Of a stretch of DNA of 64,000 nucleotides, positions 10,368 through 19,933 are shown piece by piece. The position numbers and the translations under genes were made by a program. The stretch comes from Staphylococcus phage Fi4S2. The notes below the pieces were generated by a model. That model was not told the origin of the DNA, did not search any database, and saw only the letters and a list, made by a program, of their open reading frames with translations. The DNA lies in the sequence record PV037056.1. The stretch is one strand, 5' to 3'. Numbering within the stretch: position 1 is the stretch's first letter; every line of letters begins with the position of its first letter.

Positions 10368-10949
10368 ATGAAAAACAAACCTGTAGGGTCAGTATACGTT
10401 ACTACATGCCATATTAATGGTAAAAAATATATAGGTAAGTTTCTTTATAACAGAATAAATGATTGGAAAAAATATCTAGGTTCAGGAAGGTACCTGAAAG
10501 AAGACATAAAAAAATATGGTAGAGAAAACTTCAGTAAAAAGATAATAAAAGATTATTACAGCAAGAAAGAACTAGAACAGGCTGAAGAAGAGTTAATTCT
10601 ACAAACTGGTGCAGTATATGACACTAACTACTACAATGTAAAGTTGTCCTCAATAGGAGGGGATGTTTTTACAACTAATCCACGCAAAGAAGAATTACGT
10701 GCTATGAGAAAACAGCAAATGAGTGGAAAAGGTAATCACCAGTACGGTAAGACTAAAACTAAAGCTATGGTAGATTCTGTAAAGAAAGCTAACTCTAGAG
10801 CTATAGAGGTGGATGGGGTATTTTACCCTAGTACATCAGAGGCTTCAAGAACACTAGGAGTTGGACATACTACAATAGGCTACAGGTTAGACTCTGAAAA
10901 CTATCCTACATATAAAAGATTGACACCTAGAAAGTTTGAAAAGAAATGA
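10368..10949 (+). CDS. GIY-YIG homing endonuclease
   Basis: N-terminal GSVYVTTCHINGKKYIGK is a GIY-YIG motif. There are repeated NUMOD-like basic segments and a C-terminal HTH. RBS AAGGAGAG. The ORF is inserted in a hairpin loop (flanks ATATAAATTGTAG / CTACAATTTATAT). Confidence 0.85.
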   Translation: MKNKPVGSVYVTTCHINGKKYIGKFLYNRINDWKKYLGSGRYLKEDIKKYGRENFSKKIIKDYYSKKELEQAEEELILQTGAVYDTNYYNVKLSSIGGDVFTTNPRKEELRAMRKQQMSGKGNHQYGKTKTKAMVDSVKKANSRAIEVDGVFYPSTSEASRTLGVGHTTIGYRLDSENYPTYKRLTPRKFEKK

Positions 10950-11010
10950 CTACAATTTATATTAAATGCCCAACGACTATCTGTAACCTATCTACAATGT
11001 AGAGGGATAA

Positions 11011-11160
11011 GGTTAGAGCCAAGTGGTCAAGGTATTGAGTAATAATCATATAAAACCTTGTTAAATCGAAACGGTGGAACTCCCATGGGAGTTCCACCGT
11101 TTCGATTTAACAAGGTTTTATATGATTATTACTCAATACCTTGACCACTTGGCTCTAACC
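11011..11160. repeat. Perfect 150-bp palindrome (75-bp arms) centred on CCCATGGG
   Basis: Read directly: 11011-11085 is the exact reverse complement of 11086-11160. The first mismatch occurs at 11007/11164. Confidence 0.9.
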
Positions 11161-11345
11161 TTCTCCCTCTTACTTAGTAAGATAGGTTACGGATAGTCGT
11201 TAGGCATTTACAATACTTAGTATTGATTTAGCACGGGATTACCTCTATCCTTTTAGGACTTAGGTTCTCTTATCAGCTGTTTAAAGCTATGCCCGTTTTA
11301 GATGGATTTTTCGATAAGGATTGCTCCTTAAAGCTACATTTTAGT

Positions 11346-11744
11346 TTATAGAAACGCTATTTGTTCTGTTACGATTTCCCCTACTCGGAATTCTTCATTA
11401 TAATTTTGTGCACTACAGCCGTGATAAGATATAATAACATCTTTAGTTAAATTATCCACGACTACAAGGTCGATTACGTCTTTTTTAAGAATTTCTTCAC
11501 CTAGTGAAGCAAAGCCTAACTTAGCAAAGTTCTCTTTTTTCATACGTAAACGTTCTACTGTTATTGTACCCTCATAACGTAAGTATACGTGTTCTTGAGG
11601 CATAATAGAACCAATTTCATAAACACCTGTAGTACCATATTCACGTTGTCCTGACGCTGATTGTGCACGACCAACGATTTTTCCACCTACCATAATGTAG
11701 ACGGTATTACCACTGTGTACAGACTGTTTCTTTTCTGATGCCAT
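11346..11744 (-). CDS. tail tube protein
   Basis: 132-aa ORF immediately downstream of the sheath gene on the same strand; size and position are typical of a myovirus tube protein. Confidence 0.65.
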   Translation of the reverse strand: MASEKKQSVHSGNTVYIMVGGKIVGRAQSASGQREYGTTGVYEIGSIMPQEHVYLRYEGTITVERLRMKKENFAKLGFASLGEEILKKDVIDLVVVDNLTKDVIISYHGCSAQNYNEEFRVGEIVTEQIAFL

Positions 11745-11816
11745 CTATATTCACTCTCCTAGAATATTTAAATTATATTAATAGGAGTACCTAATCTAGG
11801 TACTCCATCACCTAGA

Positions 11817-13646
11817 TTAGGCTTGTAATGTTTGTTGCTTGTAAACCAAGCTAACAGTAATTTTCTTGAAGCTTCTGATTGGGTAAACTGTCATAGCAAT
11901 TTGAGCTTGATTTCCAATTACACTAACTTGGATGTCTTCAGCATCAAATCCTTGGATTTCTTGGTCTGCAACTTTCTCATTCAAGTATCCGATTAAGAAG
12001 TCTTTGATAAGTGAAGCACTTGTTGCAAATGTTCTTGTACCAATGAATCTATTATCTAGTCTAACTTTAAGTTCAGATACTAAGAAGTCATTAGCTTCTC
12101 CGACTGACATCTCTTGTTTAACAGGGTCTGATTTGTCATTGTAAGTAGTGATGTCATTGACAATACGGAAGAATGTCTCAGTACGACTACGTACAAATTC
12201 AATAGGTACAATACCATTATCATTCAATTGGTCTAATCCTGTACCATCTAAAACAATGTCTAGGTTGTTCAAGAATAAACGTTTGAATGTAATAGATTCA
12301 CCAATGTCTAACCCTGTAGCTAGTCCACCGATAGCAGAAGCCATCAAGTAAGCTGGTACATGTAAAGCACGACCATCTTGCATTGAGAACTCACCACTAG
12401 AAGCAATAAGCATTACACGTGGGTTAGATTTTAATCCTGATACACGAGCTAAGAGTTTTTCTTTAGATTCTTTGAATCCTCCACCTACAATAGCTCTCAT
12501 AGGTTCACCAATGTCAGAACGCTCTTTAACAAAGTGTCCTGCCTCAGCATGTACAGATTCTTTATCAGTTAATGGTACTAGGTAGTAACCACCTTCATTA
12601 GCAAACTTAGCAAATTTGTCTGACCAAGTAGTAACAGGGTCTCCGTTAGAACCACCTGATAAAGCTACCTCATCAAATGCTTCGATTTGCTCACCTTGAA
12701 CTTCTTCAAAAGCTACAAGGTCACTGTACTCTGTTTGAAGTTTGATGTCACCAAAAATAGCTTTAAGGTAAACAAAGTCTTCTTTAACACTTACGTTAGT
12801 TGCCTCATCTAAAGTTGTAGTATCAACATTCTTATCACCAAATGGAGAAACTTTCACTTCAAAGTCAGGTAAGTTATTAATGTCAGAGATAAGTGAGTTA
12901 GCATCTGTATATGTTTTAGCTAAGTCGTAAATTTTAGCAATTCTTCCAGTACCTTCAGAAGTTGATTGTGTAGCTGTAACATTAGCGCTCTCTTCTCCTG
13001 CTTCAACCTCTACATTTTCAGGGTCTTCTGCTTGAGTAGCTCCTAAAACAACATTACCTTTCTTAGCTTCTTCAGCATCAATCTTGCTTCCTACTGATAA
13101 AACTAATTTAGTTGATTTATGAGTTTCAGGGTCTTTAACAACACTATAAAATGCTGAACCTTCATCACCTGTATAATGGATTTGGAAGATGTTACCTAAG
13201 TTGTCGTATACTTCAAATCTGTTATCATCAGGGAAATTAACTTTTAAACGTTTTGAGTCTGAGATTGTGTTATCCTCTAATGCTACAGAGATATTGTTAG
13301 ATACACTACCGTAAACCTTAGAAAGTACTTTCATTCCAGTTGTTGTTAACTGAGATGCTTCTGCATTCTCTAAACGCATAGCAAGAATTGTTCCTGCTGT
13401 TGCATCAGGAGAGCCTGTCCAAGCTAACTCAATTGCATCCATCAGTTCACCTGAACGGAAAATGCTTCTTGCAAATGTAATATTTTTTATTTCATAGACT
13501 GTATTAGGTTTTCCTCCCTCTGCCTTACCGATAAGGCAAAGAACTTTCTCACTGTCACTTGCAGTACCACTTAAATTACTTGTGTCTGTTTTAATGACTG
13601 TGTGAGGTCTACTAATGTCATAACGTGGGTATTGTATTTCTGCCAT
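11817..13646 (-). CDS. tail sheath protein
   Basis: 609 aa. Length, position upstream of the tube gene, and sequence character fit a contractile tail sheath. Confidence 0.8.
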   Translation of the reverse strand: MAEIQYPRYDISRPHTVIKTDTSNLSGTASDSEKVLCLIGKAEGGKPNTVYEIKNITFARSIFRSGELMDAIELAWTGSPDATAGTILAMRLENAEASQLTTTGMKVLSKVYGSVSNNISVALEDNTISDSKRLKVNFPDDNRFEVYDNLGNIFQIHYTGDEGSAFYSVVKDPETHKSTKLVLSVGSKIDAEEAKKGNVVLGATQAEDPENVEVEAGEESANVTATQSTSEGTGRIAKIYDLAKTYTDANSLISDINNLPDFEVKVSPFGDKNVDTTTLDEATNVSVKEDFVYLKAIFGDIKLQTEYSDLVAFEEVQGEQIEAFDEVALSGGSNGDPVTTWSDKFAKFANEGGYYLVPLTDKESVHAEAGHFVKERSDIGEPMRAIVGGGFKESKEKLLARVSGLKSNPRVMLIASSGEFSMQDGRALHVPAYLMASAIGGLATGLDIGESITFKRLFLNNLDIVLDGTGLDQLNDNGIVPIEFVRSRTETFFRIVNDITTYNDKSDPVKQEMSVGEANDFLVSELKVRLDNRFIGTRTFATSASLIKDFLIGYLNEKVADQEIQGFDAEDIQVSVIGNQAQIAMTVYPIRSFKKITVSLVYKQQTLQA

Positions 13647-13667
13647 TTTTTAGTCACCTTTCAATAT

Positions 13668-13895
13668 TTATTTTAATTTCTTACCTAAATACTGCTCTAA
13701 GTAAGGGATAAAATCCTGTTCTGCATGTTGGTAATATTTACCTTGCATGAATGCTTTAAATCCTTCTACTTGACCTGCTGTGAGACCAAAGTAGTTCTCA
13801 GCAGTATCTAAGAAAGTAAAGATGTCTGCATAGGGTTTAGACGTTTTAACTGTCTTAACTGTTTGTTTCTTCTTTGCCATCTGTGTAACCTCCAC
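13668..13895 (-). CDS. hypothetical protein
   Basis: 75-aa ORF in the structural operon. Confidence 0.45.
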   Translation of the reverse strand: MEVTQMAKKKQTVKTVKTSKPYADIFTFLDTAENYFGLTAGQVEGFKAFMQGKYYQHAEQDFIPYLEQYLGKKLK

Positions 13896-14715
13896 GTGTT
13901 TTAAATAATAGTTCTGTTATTTCTCTAGCTATTGTGTAATCAATAGAATGTGTTACTTGGTATCTAATTGTTACAGGTCTACCATGTATTGGTCTTTCAC
14001 CATCATCGTATACAGGAGCCATGTCACCAAAAGTAAGATTTTGCAACTTCATAACATTTTGCTCTTCTAGGTTCTCTCTTGACATTATTAGTATCATTTT
14101 AAGAACAGCATCCAAGCATCTTGCTGTATCAATTGAGTTACTTAGTGGTATAACAACTACCGATTCATCGGCCTCGAACCCTTTCACACTACCTTTACTA
14201 TCTCCTCTATATTCAATATAAAAGAATGTATAGTAATTACCAACTAAATGTTCATTACCATCCTTTCTCATCTTTAAGAGGTTTTTATCTAAAGTTACAT
14301 TATCATAATCTGAGAATTGAAGGTCAGTAGATATTGGCATAGAAGCTAGTTCAGTAGGGAACTCGAAGAATAAGTAATCTTCAGCTTCTTGTATTTCTAG
14401 CTGTACAGAGTTCTCATCCCCCTCTTCTCCTTCATAAGAACCTAAGATATTCCCTAGTGATGAACCATTCTCATTGCTGTTTCCCAGTTGCACAACATAA
14501 CTTGCTGTAGCTTCTAATGGGCTCTGTGGAAATGTATAGGAAATATTAACGTCTAACTTAGGATTCTCACCACAAAAATCTTGTAGGAAATTGTCCCTCA
14601 CCTCACTATCAAAGTCTTTTAAAACTTCCTTCATAATATAGCACTTTGATAGTAATGCTTTTGTTTTCTCTTTTAATAATTGTGAAATATATGTATCAGG
14701 GCTTACTATTGCCAA
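13855..14715 (-). CDS. hypothetical structural protein (neck / tail-completion region)
   Basis: 286 aa, between the capsid and sheath genes. Confidence 0.5.
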   Translation of the reverse strand: MAIVSPDTYISQLLKEKTKALLSKCYIMKEVLKDFDSEVRDNFLQDFCGENPKLDVNISYTFPQSPLEATASYVVQLGNSNENGSSLGNILGSYEGEEGDENSVQLEIQEAEDYLFFEFPTELASMPISTDLQFSDYDNVTLDKNLLKMRKDGNEHLVGNYYTFFYIEYRGDSKGSVKGFEADESVVVIPLSNSIDTARCLDAVLKMILIMSRENLEEQNVMKLQNLTFGDMAPVYDDGERPIHGRPVTIRYQVTHSIDYTIAREITELLFKTRGGYTDGKEETNS

Positions 14716-14730
14716 ATTGGTTCCTCCAAT

Positions 14731-15339
14731 CTACTTTCCTAGATTCTTAGCTTGCCATTGTACAAGCCTTCTAAGGTTTTCTGAGAATGTTTTAGATTTT
14801 TTATCTCTACCGTTACTAAACCAACTACCTGCTGGTGATTTGTCCGATACTGTACGGAACATGACATAAGTAGAATTACGTTTACCTTTTGGTTTAACTC
14901 TAGTGATATTATTCTTAGAGCCTTGTGTAATAGGTATGTCATTTTTATAACCATTAGAATTCTGTAAAATGTCTGCTAGGTTAGCATTATTGAATTTACG
15001 ATTTGTTGGTATTTTATTTACTTGGTAGTACATGCTCCTACTCATTTTAGATGTTTTTAGTCTCATAGGTACAATTAAGTACCATCCACCATTTTTCTTC
15101 ATCTTTCTCTTAGGAGACCTTGCAAAAGATTGCTTTAAATCCACATAACCATTCTTATTCTTTTGCTTCTCTGTTACTTCTAAGTACCTAGGCATTTGTT
15201 TAACATTTACATTTTCACCTGAGTTATCTATAGCGTATCTAAATTGATTTATTACTTCATTTTCTACTGCATTTGTGACATTGTTAATATGTTTGGATGG
15301 ATGATTAAAAACGTCAGGTCTTTTACTGCTATACCTCAT
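14731..15339 (-). CDS. hypothetical structural protein
   Basis: 202 aa, basic; structural operon. Confidence 0.5.
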   Translation of the reverse strand: MRYSSKRPDVFNHPSKHINNVTNAVENEVINQFRYAIDNSGENVNVKQMPRYLEVTEKQKNKNGYVDLKQSFARSPKRKMKKNGGWYLIVPMRLKTSKMSRSMYYQVNKIPTNRKFNNANLADILQNSNGYKNDIPITQGSKNNITRVKPKGKRNSTYVMFRTVSDKSPAGSWFSNGRDKKSKTFSENLRRLVQWQAKNLGK

Positions 15340-16256
15340 TATAGCATACTTCCAAAGAATCCATCTCTGTTTTGCACAGTACCCTCAGGGTTAGAAGGTG
15401 TTGTTGAGGATGGCTTCATAAAGTTATTTATTTTAGCTTCTGCTTCTCTACGTTCTTTATCATCATCCATGTTATCTAGTATAAATGGCTCAGGTGGTAC
15501 AACAGTATCTTCACGTTTTAACAGAATCTTTTGTGGGAAGTTTTCAAATGTTGGTTCTACTCGACCATTTTCAGTATATTGGTATCTACTCTCTTTCAGT
15601 AAATCCATAACAATATAACGCAGTGTCATAAATATATTTATAGCTATATTTTGATTTTGGAACTCTTCTGTTACAAACAGTTTTCCATCTTCAATATAGT
15701 AGTCATTTTCTGTCAAGTCTCTTGTCTCTCCAGTAATAAACTCTACCTCTCTTACATCATACTTTAATCGTACACCTTTACGTTGTCTCTCAGGAGTTAT
15801 ATGGTAAATCATACTCTGAGGTATAACGACATCAGGTATTGTGATTCTGTCTCTAAATCCCATTCTAGTTTCAAATCTTGTAGTAAATATAGCTGTACCT
15901 GAGTCTACAAGACCTAAGTCTATGTTACTTGCACCCTTCATTTGAGACTGAATCATACCAAATGTATGCTGTGCAGGTTTATAAGCTACTCCTGTACCAT
16001 GACACCTAGGGCATGTAGCTCTAGGTGATTGTGTTGTCTTACTTATACAGGTACATATATAACCTCTTTCCCATAATACTTTAATAGAACGGTCTTGAAC
16101 ATGTTTTTTAAAGTTTTCAGAAGTAAACTCAGTCCTAGAGCCTACACCTGTTTTCTCAGGTACAGAGTTATTATTAAATTGGTTACTAAGAGGTTGCTCT
16201 TTTGGTTCTTGTGATTGGTATGTACTTGGTTTACTTAAATTTACAGGTTCTTTCAA
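15339..16256 (-). CDS. hypothetical structural protein with CxxC...CxxC zinc ribbon
   Basis: 305 aa; contains CTC...CPRCHGTG. Confidence 0.5.
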   Translation of the reverse strand: MKEPVNLSKPSTYQSQEPKEQPLSNQFNNNSVPEKTGVGSRTEFTSENFKKHVQDRSIKVLWERGYICTCISKTTQSPRATCPRCHGTGVAYKPAQHTFGMIQSQMKGASNIDLGLVDSGTAIFTTRFETRMGFRDRITIPDVVIPQSMIYHITPERQRKGVRLKYDVREVEFITGETRDLTENDYYIEDGKLFVTEEFQNQNIAINIFMTLRYIVMDLLKESRYQYTENGRVEPTFENFPQKILLKREDTVVPPEPFILDNMDDDKERREAEAKINNFMKPSSTTPSNPEGTVQNRDGFFGSML

Positions 16257-16268
16257 TTACTAAACCTC

Positions 16269-17171
16269 CTATAGTGCAGTCATGTTTGTTCCGAAGTAAG
16301 AACGCAGTTTACTGACTAAATCTTTTATGTCTGCATCAATTTGTAAGATGTCTGCTGAATAACCACCATACATAGCTGATTGAGTAGTTACTACAGATTC
16401 TGTTACATCATCCATAGATAATGAACGTGAAGCAATACCTGCACCAATAATTAAACGTCCTCCAACTTTAAACAGTTCTTTCATAGCATATTGTATTACT
16501 AGTTTATGTAAGTTAGCTGGAAGCTCATACTCTCTAGTTACACCTTCACGTTTTCTTGGTAATAAACCTGCTACATATTCTATCTTAATCATCTGAGGTG
16601 CAAATGTTCTATTATAACCTGTAGCTGTAGCTCCATTTAAGTTAGGGTATCCTAGGAAAGCATTTGTATTATAGCCATCTCCTCCTGTTTGCATTAGTGT
16701 AGTAGGGAAGATTTCTATATGACCTGGTAGACTATATACTTTCCACCAGTCACTTGGATAATCATAAATAGGCTTACCATTAAACTGAAGACCTAAACGT
16801 TCCACCTGAATGATAGGTTTCTTTCTAACATGAGTAAACATGAAACTTTGGAACTCTTGTTCATTATAATCATGTATCTCAGTTTCTAGTCTAGGTAAGA
16901 TAACTATGTCTAGTTCTTGTTCTGCTTCAGCAATTGCAGATTCAAATAGATAGTTATAAAAGTGTTCATCTAAAATATTACCATTCTCATCCTTAATGTC
17001 AATACCAAACATGAAATAGTTTTTTATTACATCAGGTGTCCACCCATAATCTTCTAGAGTAATGTCATCTATGTCTTTTACGTCTACACGTTTAGGATTT
17101 GATGGGTCTCTATGTGGGTCTTTGTTAAAGTTTGTTAAATGTGATGTAAAGGAGCTATTGTTGCCATACAT
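16269..17171 (-). CDS. hypothetical structural protein (head-tail connector region)
   Basis: 300 aa, downstream of the capsid gene. Confidence 0.5.
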   Translation of the reverse strand: MYGNNSSFTSHLTNFNKDPHRDPSNPKRVDVKDIDDITLEDYGWTPDVIKNYFMFGIDIKDENGNILDEHFYNYLFESAIAEAEQELDIVILPRLETEIHDYNEQEFQSFMFTHVRKKPIIQVERLGLQFNGKPIYDYPSDWWKVYSLPGHIEIFPTTLMQTGGDGYNTNAFLGYPNLNGATATGYNRTFAPQMIKIEYVAGLLPRKREGVTREYELPANLHKLVIQYAMKELFKVGGRLIIGAGIASRSLSMDDVTESVVTTQSAMYGGYSADILQIDADIKDLVSKLRSYFGTNMTAL

Positions 17172-17183
17172 GTAAAGCCCTCC

Positions 17184-17462
17184 TTACTCTTCAGTTTTCT
17201 TAGTAGTAGTTTTACGTGTTGTCGTTTTTTTAGGTGTAGATTTTGATGTGCTCTTAGATGCTGTGCTAGATTTAGTTGTACTTGATTTTGATGCTGTCTT
17301 CTTAGGTGCTACTTCAGGTTCTTCATAGCGGAAACCTTGTAGTTTACCCATTGCTTGTTCTTGAGCTTTTGTAAGACCTTCAATTACTCCATCTTCTCCA
17401 ACTTCTAAGTCTCCATAATGTGTTGCTAATGTTTTACCTTTATAGTCAAAATTATATAACAT
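17184..17462 (-). CDS. hypothetical protein with S/T/K-rich tail
   Basis: 92 aa, immediately downstream of the capsid terminator. Confidence 0.45.
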   Translation of the reverse strand: MLYNFDYKGKTLATHYGDLEVGEDGVIEGLTKAQEQAMGKLQGFRYEEPEVAPKKTASKSSTTKSSTASKSTSKSTPKKTTTRKTTTKKTEE

Positions 17463-17492
17463 AGTTTAGTCTCCTCTGTTTGTTTTATTAAA

Positions 17493-17526
17493 TAAAAAAA
17501 TAGTGGATATTAGATACCCACTATTT
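17493..17526 (-). terminator. intrinsic terminator after the capsid gene
   Basis: Hairpin ATAGTGG-ATATTAGATAC-CCACTAT, flanked by A7 on plus (T7 on the minus strand). Confidence 0.7.
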
Positions 17527-17565
17527 AATTTTATTGCTATTTAGTTGTTATTAGGTTGTATTATC

Positions 17566-18954
17566 TTAACGGTAAGAAGCTAAGTAACCAACGTTTTTGA
17601 TGCGTACCCAACGTTTAGGAGCACGTAGAGCTAAGGCACCATACCATAATACTGCGAACTGTTTAGCTGATGTTACTTGAGCTAAGTCTAAACGCATCAT
17701 TGGTAACAACTCGAATAAGTGGATTACGTCAGGGTGTAACTCACCTACGAACACGTCTGCTGTACCTGGAATTGTTTGGTTTTTGTCTACAAATGTGATG
17801 ATACCATCTTCATCTGCTTCAGAAACTGAAATACGTTCTAATAAGTAGTATTGACGTACTCCATCATTTGCTTTACGGTATACAGATACAGATACTGGAC
17901 GGTTTTGGTATAATGAAGTCATTTGAATTTTTAATTCTACACCGTCATCTTTGTTAGCTACAACTGCTGTAACTTCTTCAGATGGTAATGATTTAGAGCT
18001 AGCTGAGTTAACAACTACTTTATATGAATGAGTAGCTAAGTCTACATCAGCAAATTCACCTTTTTGACCAGTTTTAACTGTAGCAGTAACTTTAGCTTGT
18101 TGTGGAGCTAAACCGTTACGAGGAACATAGTTTTCATCTAAGATGTTGTCTAAGTCCATTACAGTAGAACCGTGTAAGTTAATCAAACCACGAGCTGAGA
18201 AGAATTGAGTTACTGCATAACCAGTAGCAACGTTACCGTTATTGTCACGTACTAATTGACGTTGACGGTCTAATAAGTTATTGTTGAATGAAGCTTGTAC
18301 ACCGATAGGCATGTAAGCATCAGTTGGTTGACCATAGCCAGTACCGATAATTGTGGCCGCCTGGTTTAAGTCACGTTCTTCTAAGTCACGTCCACGTAAG
18401 TCCATTACGTTACGTTCAGGGATTAATGTAGCTAATCCATCAAATTCATAACCTTCTTCACCTTCAGGAGCTAATGAAGCGTCACCATAGAATGAAGCCC
18501 ATTCAATTGATTTTGCAACTGTTACGATACCTGCGTTTAATTCTACACGCTCAGGGTCAGCGATATTAGTTACTACTTGTGAAGCGATAGATAATCTACG
18601 AGTATCAGATACGAACTTCATAGATACTGTTTTTTGACGTAATGCTGGGTCATTTTCAGGAGCTAATCCAATCTCAGGAGTGAATCGGCTTGAACCAACT
18701 TCACCGTAGCTGTCAAATACAACGTACTTTTGTACAGTTGATTCTGCTGGACGTGTAGTTTGTACTAAGTCTTTCCATAAAGTTAAATCTTTACGGTCAT
18801 AAGTTAATGTCGTGATTTCAGAGTCTAATGCTTCTCTACGTAGCGCACCTGCATCTACTTGTGTATCAGGGCTAACTCCGTATCCTGTTTGGAAAGCTTT
18901 TAAAGCTTGTTCTTGAGCTGAAGATAATTGTTTTTCGATATTATTGTCTGCCAT
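17566..18954 (-). CDS. major capsid protein
   Basis: 462 aa. Lies downstream of the protease and scaffold-like genes and is followed by a strong terminator. Size and composition are typical of SPO1/Twort-like capsid proteins. Confidence 0.75.
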   Translation of the reverse strand: MADNNIEKQLSSAQEQALKAFQTGYGVSPDTQVDAGALRREALDSEITTLTYDRKDLTLWKDLVQTTRPAESTVQKYVVFDSYGEVGSSRFTPEIGLAPENDPALRQKTVSMKFVSDTRRLSIASQVVTNIADPERVELNAGIVTVAKSIEWASFYGDASLAPEGEEGYEFDGLATLIPERNVMDLRGRDLEERDLNQAATIIGTGYGQPTDAYMPIGVQASFNNNLLDRQRQLVRDNNGNVATGYAVTQFFSARGLINLHGSTVMDLDNILDENYVPRNGLAPQQAKVTATVKTGQKGEFADVDLATHSYKVVVNSASSKSLPSEEVTAVVANKDDGVELKIQMTSLYQNRPVSVSVYRKANDGVRQYYLLERISVSEADEDGIITFVDKNQTIPGTADVFVGELHPDVIHLFELLPMMRLDLAQVTSAKQFAVLWYGALALRAPKRWVRIKNVGYLASYR

Positions 18955-19054
18955 TTATTAAATCACCTTTCGTATGGGTTTTAGTTTATGTATTTTATTT
19001 GTCTAACTAGGTATGCTTATAATATAGCACACCTTAGTTACTTTATTTCATAAA

Positions 19055-19933
19055 TTACTTCAAGAAGGATTTGATTATGTTTTTATCTTGCTCAGAACCT
19101 CTACCTGTACCAATTCTGTACCAAGCATTTTTAGCTACATCAAGGTCTCTAAACTGTCTGTTGTCAGTTTTAGTTTTGTACGCTTGGATGTAAGCATCTT
19201 TGTTTTTCTTAACAAAATCAAAATCAGTTTCTTCCTCTTCTTGTTCTTCAGTAGATTTAGCTGTTTCTTCAGTTTCTTCTTCAGCAGAAGAGAATGATTT
19301 TTCTACAGCATCTCCATTACCTTCTTCTTTAGAAGTTACAGATTTTTCTACTTGTTGCTCTTCAGGGTGCTCTTCTTTTTCTTCAGGTTGTTCAGGTTGT
19401 TCTTCATTTACTTCTTGTTCTTCTACAATCTTGTCTTCAATAGATTTAGCTGTTTCTTCTTTGTTCTCTTTTTCTTGATTTAAAACAGCATCTAGTTTGT
19501 CTTCAAGTGATTTAACAGTTGTTGTAAATGTCTCTAAAGCTTTAGCTAAAGTCTCTTCAGTAGTTAAAGATTTTTCAGTTTTGTCTTCTTTCTTCTTGTC
19601 TTTATCTTTTACTTCTTTAGAGTTCTTATCTTTATCAGATTCTTCCTCTTCTTCTTTAGAGTCTGTTTCTTCTTTATCTTTTGAGTCATCAGTAGACTTT
19701 TCAGCTTCCTTGTCTTCATCTTCCTCATCTTTATCTTTTTTATCTTTACGTTTCTTGTTGTCTTTATCTTCTGTGTTAGTATCTGTATGGTCTACAGGGT
19801 CATTAGATTCTTTAGCTGATTTCTCAACTTCCTCTTCTTTACCTGCTTCTTGTTCTTGCTCTACTACTTCTTGCTCTTTGTTTTCTTCTACAGATTTTTC
19901 TGTTTCTTCAAATTTATCTAAGAAATTACCCAT
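19055..19933 (-). CDS. highly acidic E/K/D-rich low-complexity protein (scaffold-like)
   Basis: 292 aa, between the prohead protease and the capsid gene. The + strand ORFs across this span are shadows of its repeats. Confidence 0.5.
   Translation of the reverse strand: MGNFLDKFEETEKSVEENKEQEVVEQEQEAGKEEEVEKSAKESNDPVDHTDTNTEDKDNKKRKDKKDKDEEDEDKEAEKSTDDSKDKEETDSKEEEEESDKDKNSKEVKDKDKKKEDKTEKSLTTEETLAKALETFTTTVKSLEDKLDAVLNQEKENKEETAKSIEDKIVEEQEVNEEQPEQPEEKEEHPEEQQVEKSVTSKEEGNGDAVEKSFSSAEEETEETAKSTEEQEEEETDFDFVKKNKDAYIQAYKTKTDNRQFRDLDVAKNAWYRIGTGRGSEQDKNIIKSFLK

Larger units (their letters stand above)
10250..11333. mobile_element. Foldback/intron-like element with 42-bp perfect terminal inverted repeats, encoding a GIY-YIG endonuclease
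   Basis: 10250-10291 (CTTTAAGGAGCAATCCTTATCGAAAAATCCATCTAAAACGGG) is the exact reverse complement of 11292-11333. The arms have group I-like P7 strands: AACGACTA at ~10970 and GATAGTCG at ~11193. The right arm is an ORF-less, diverged inverted copy of the left arm. Confidence 0.55.
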
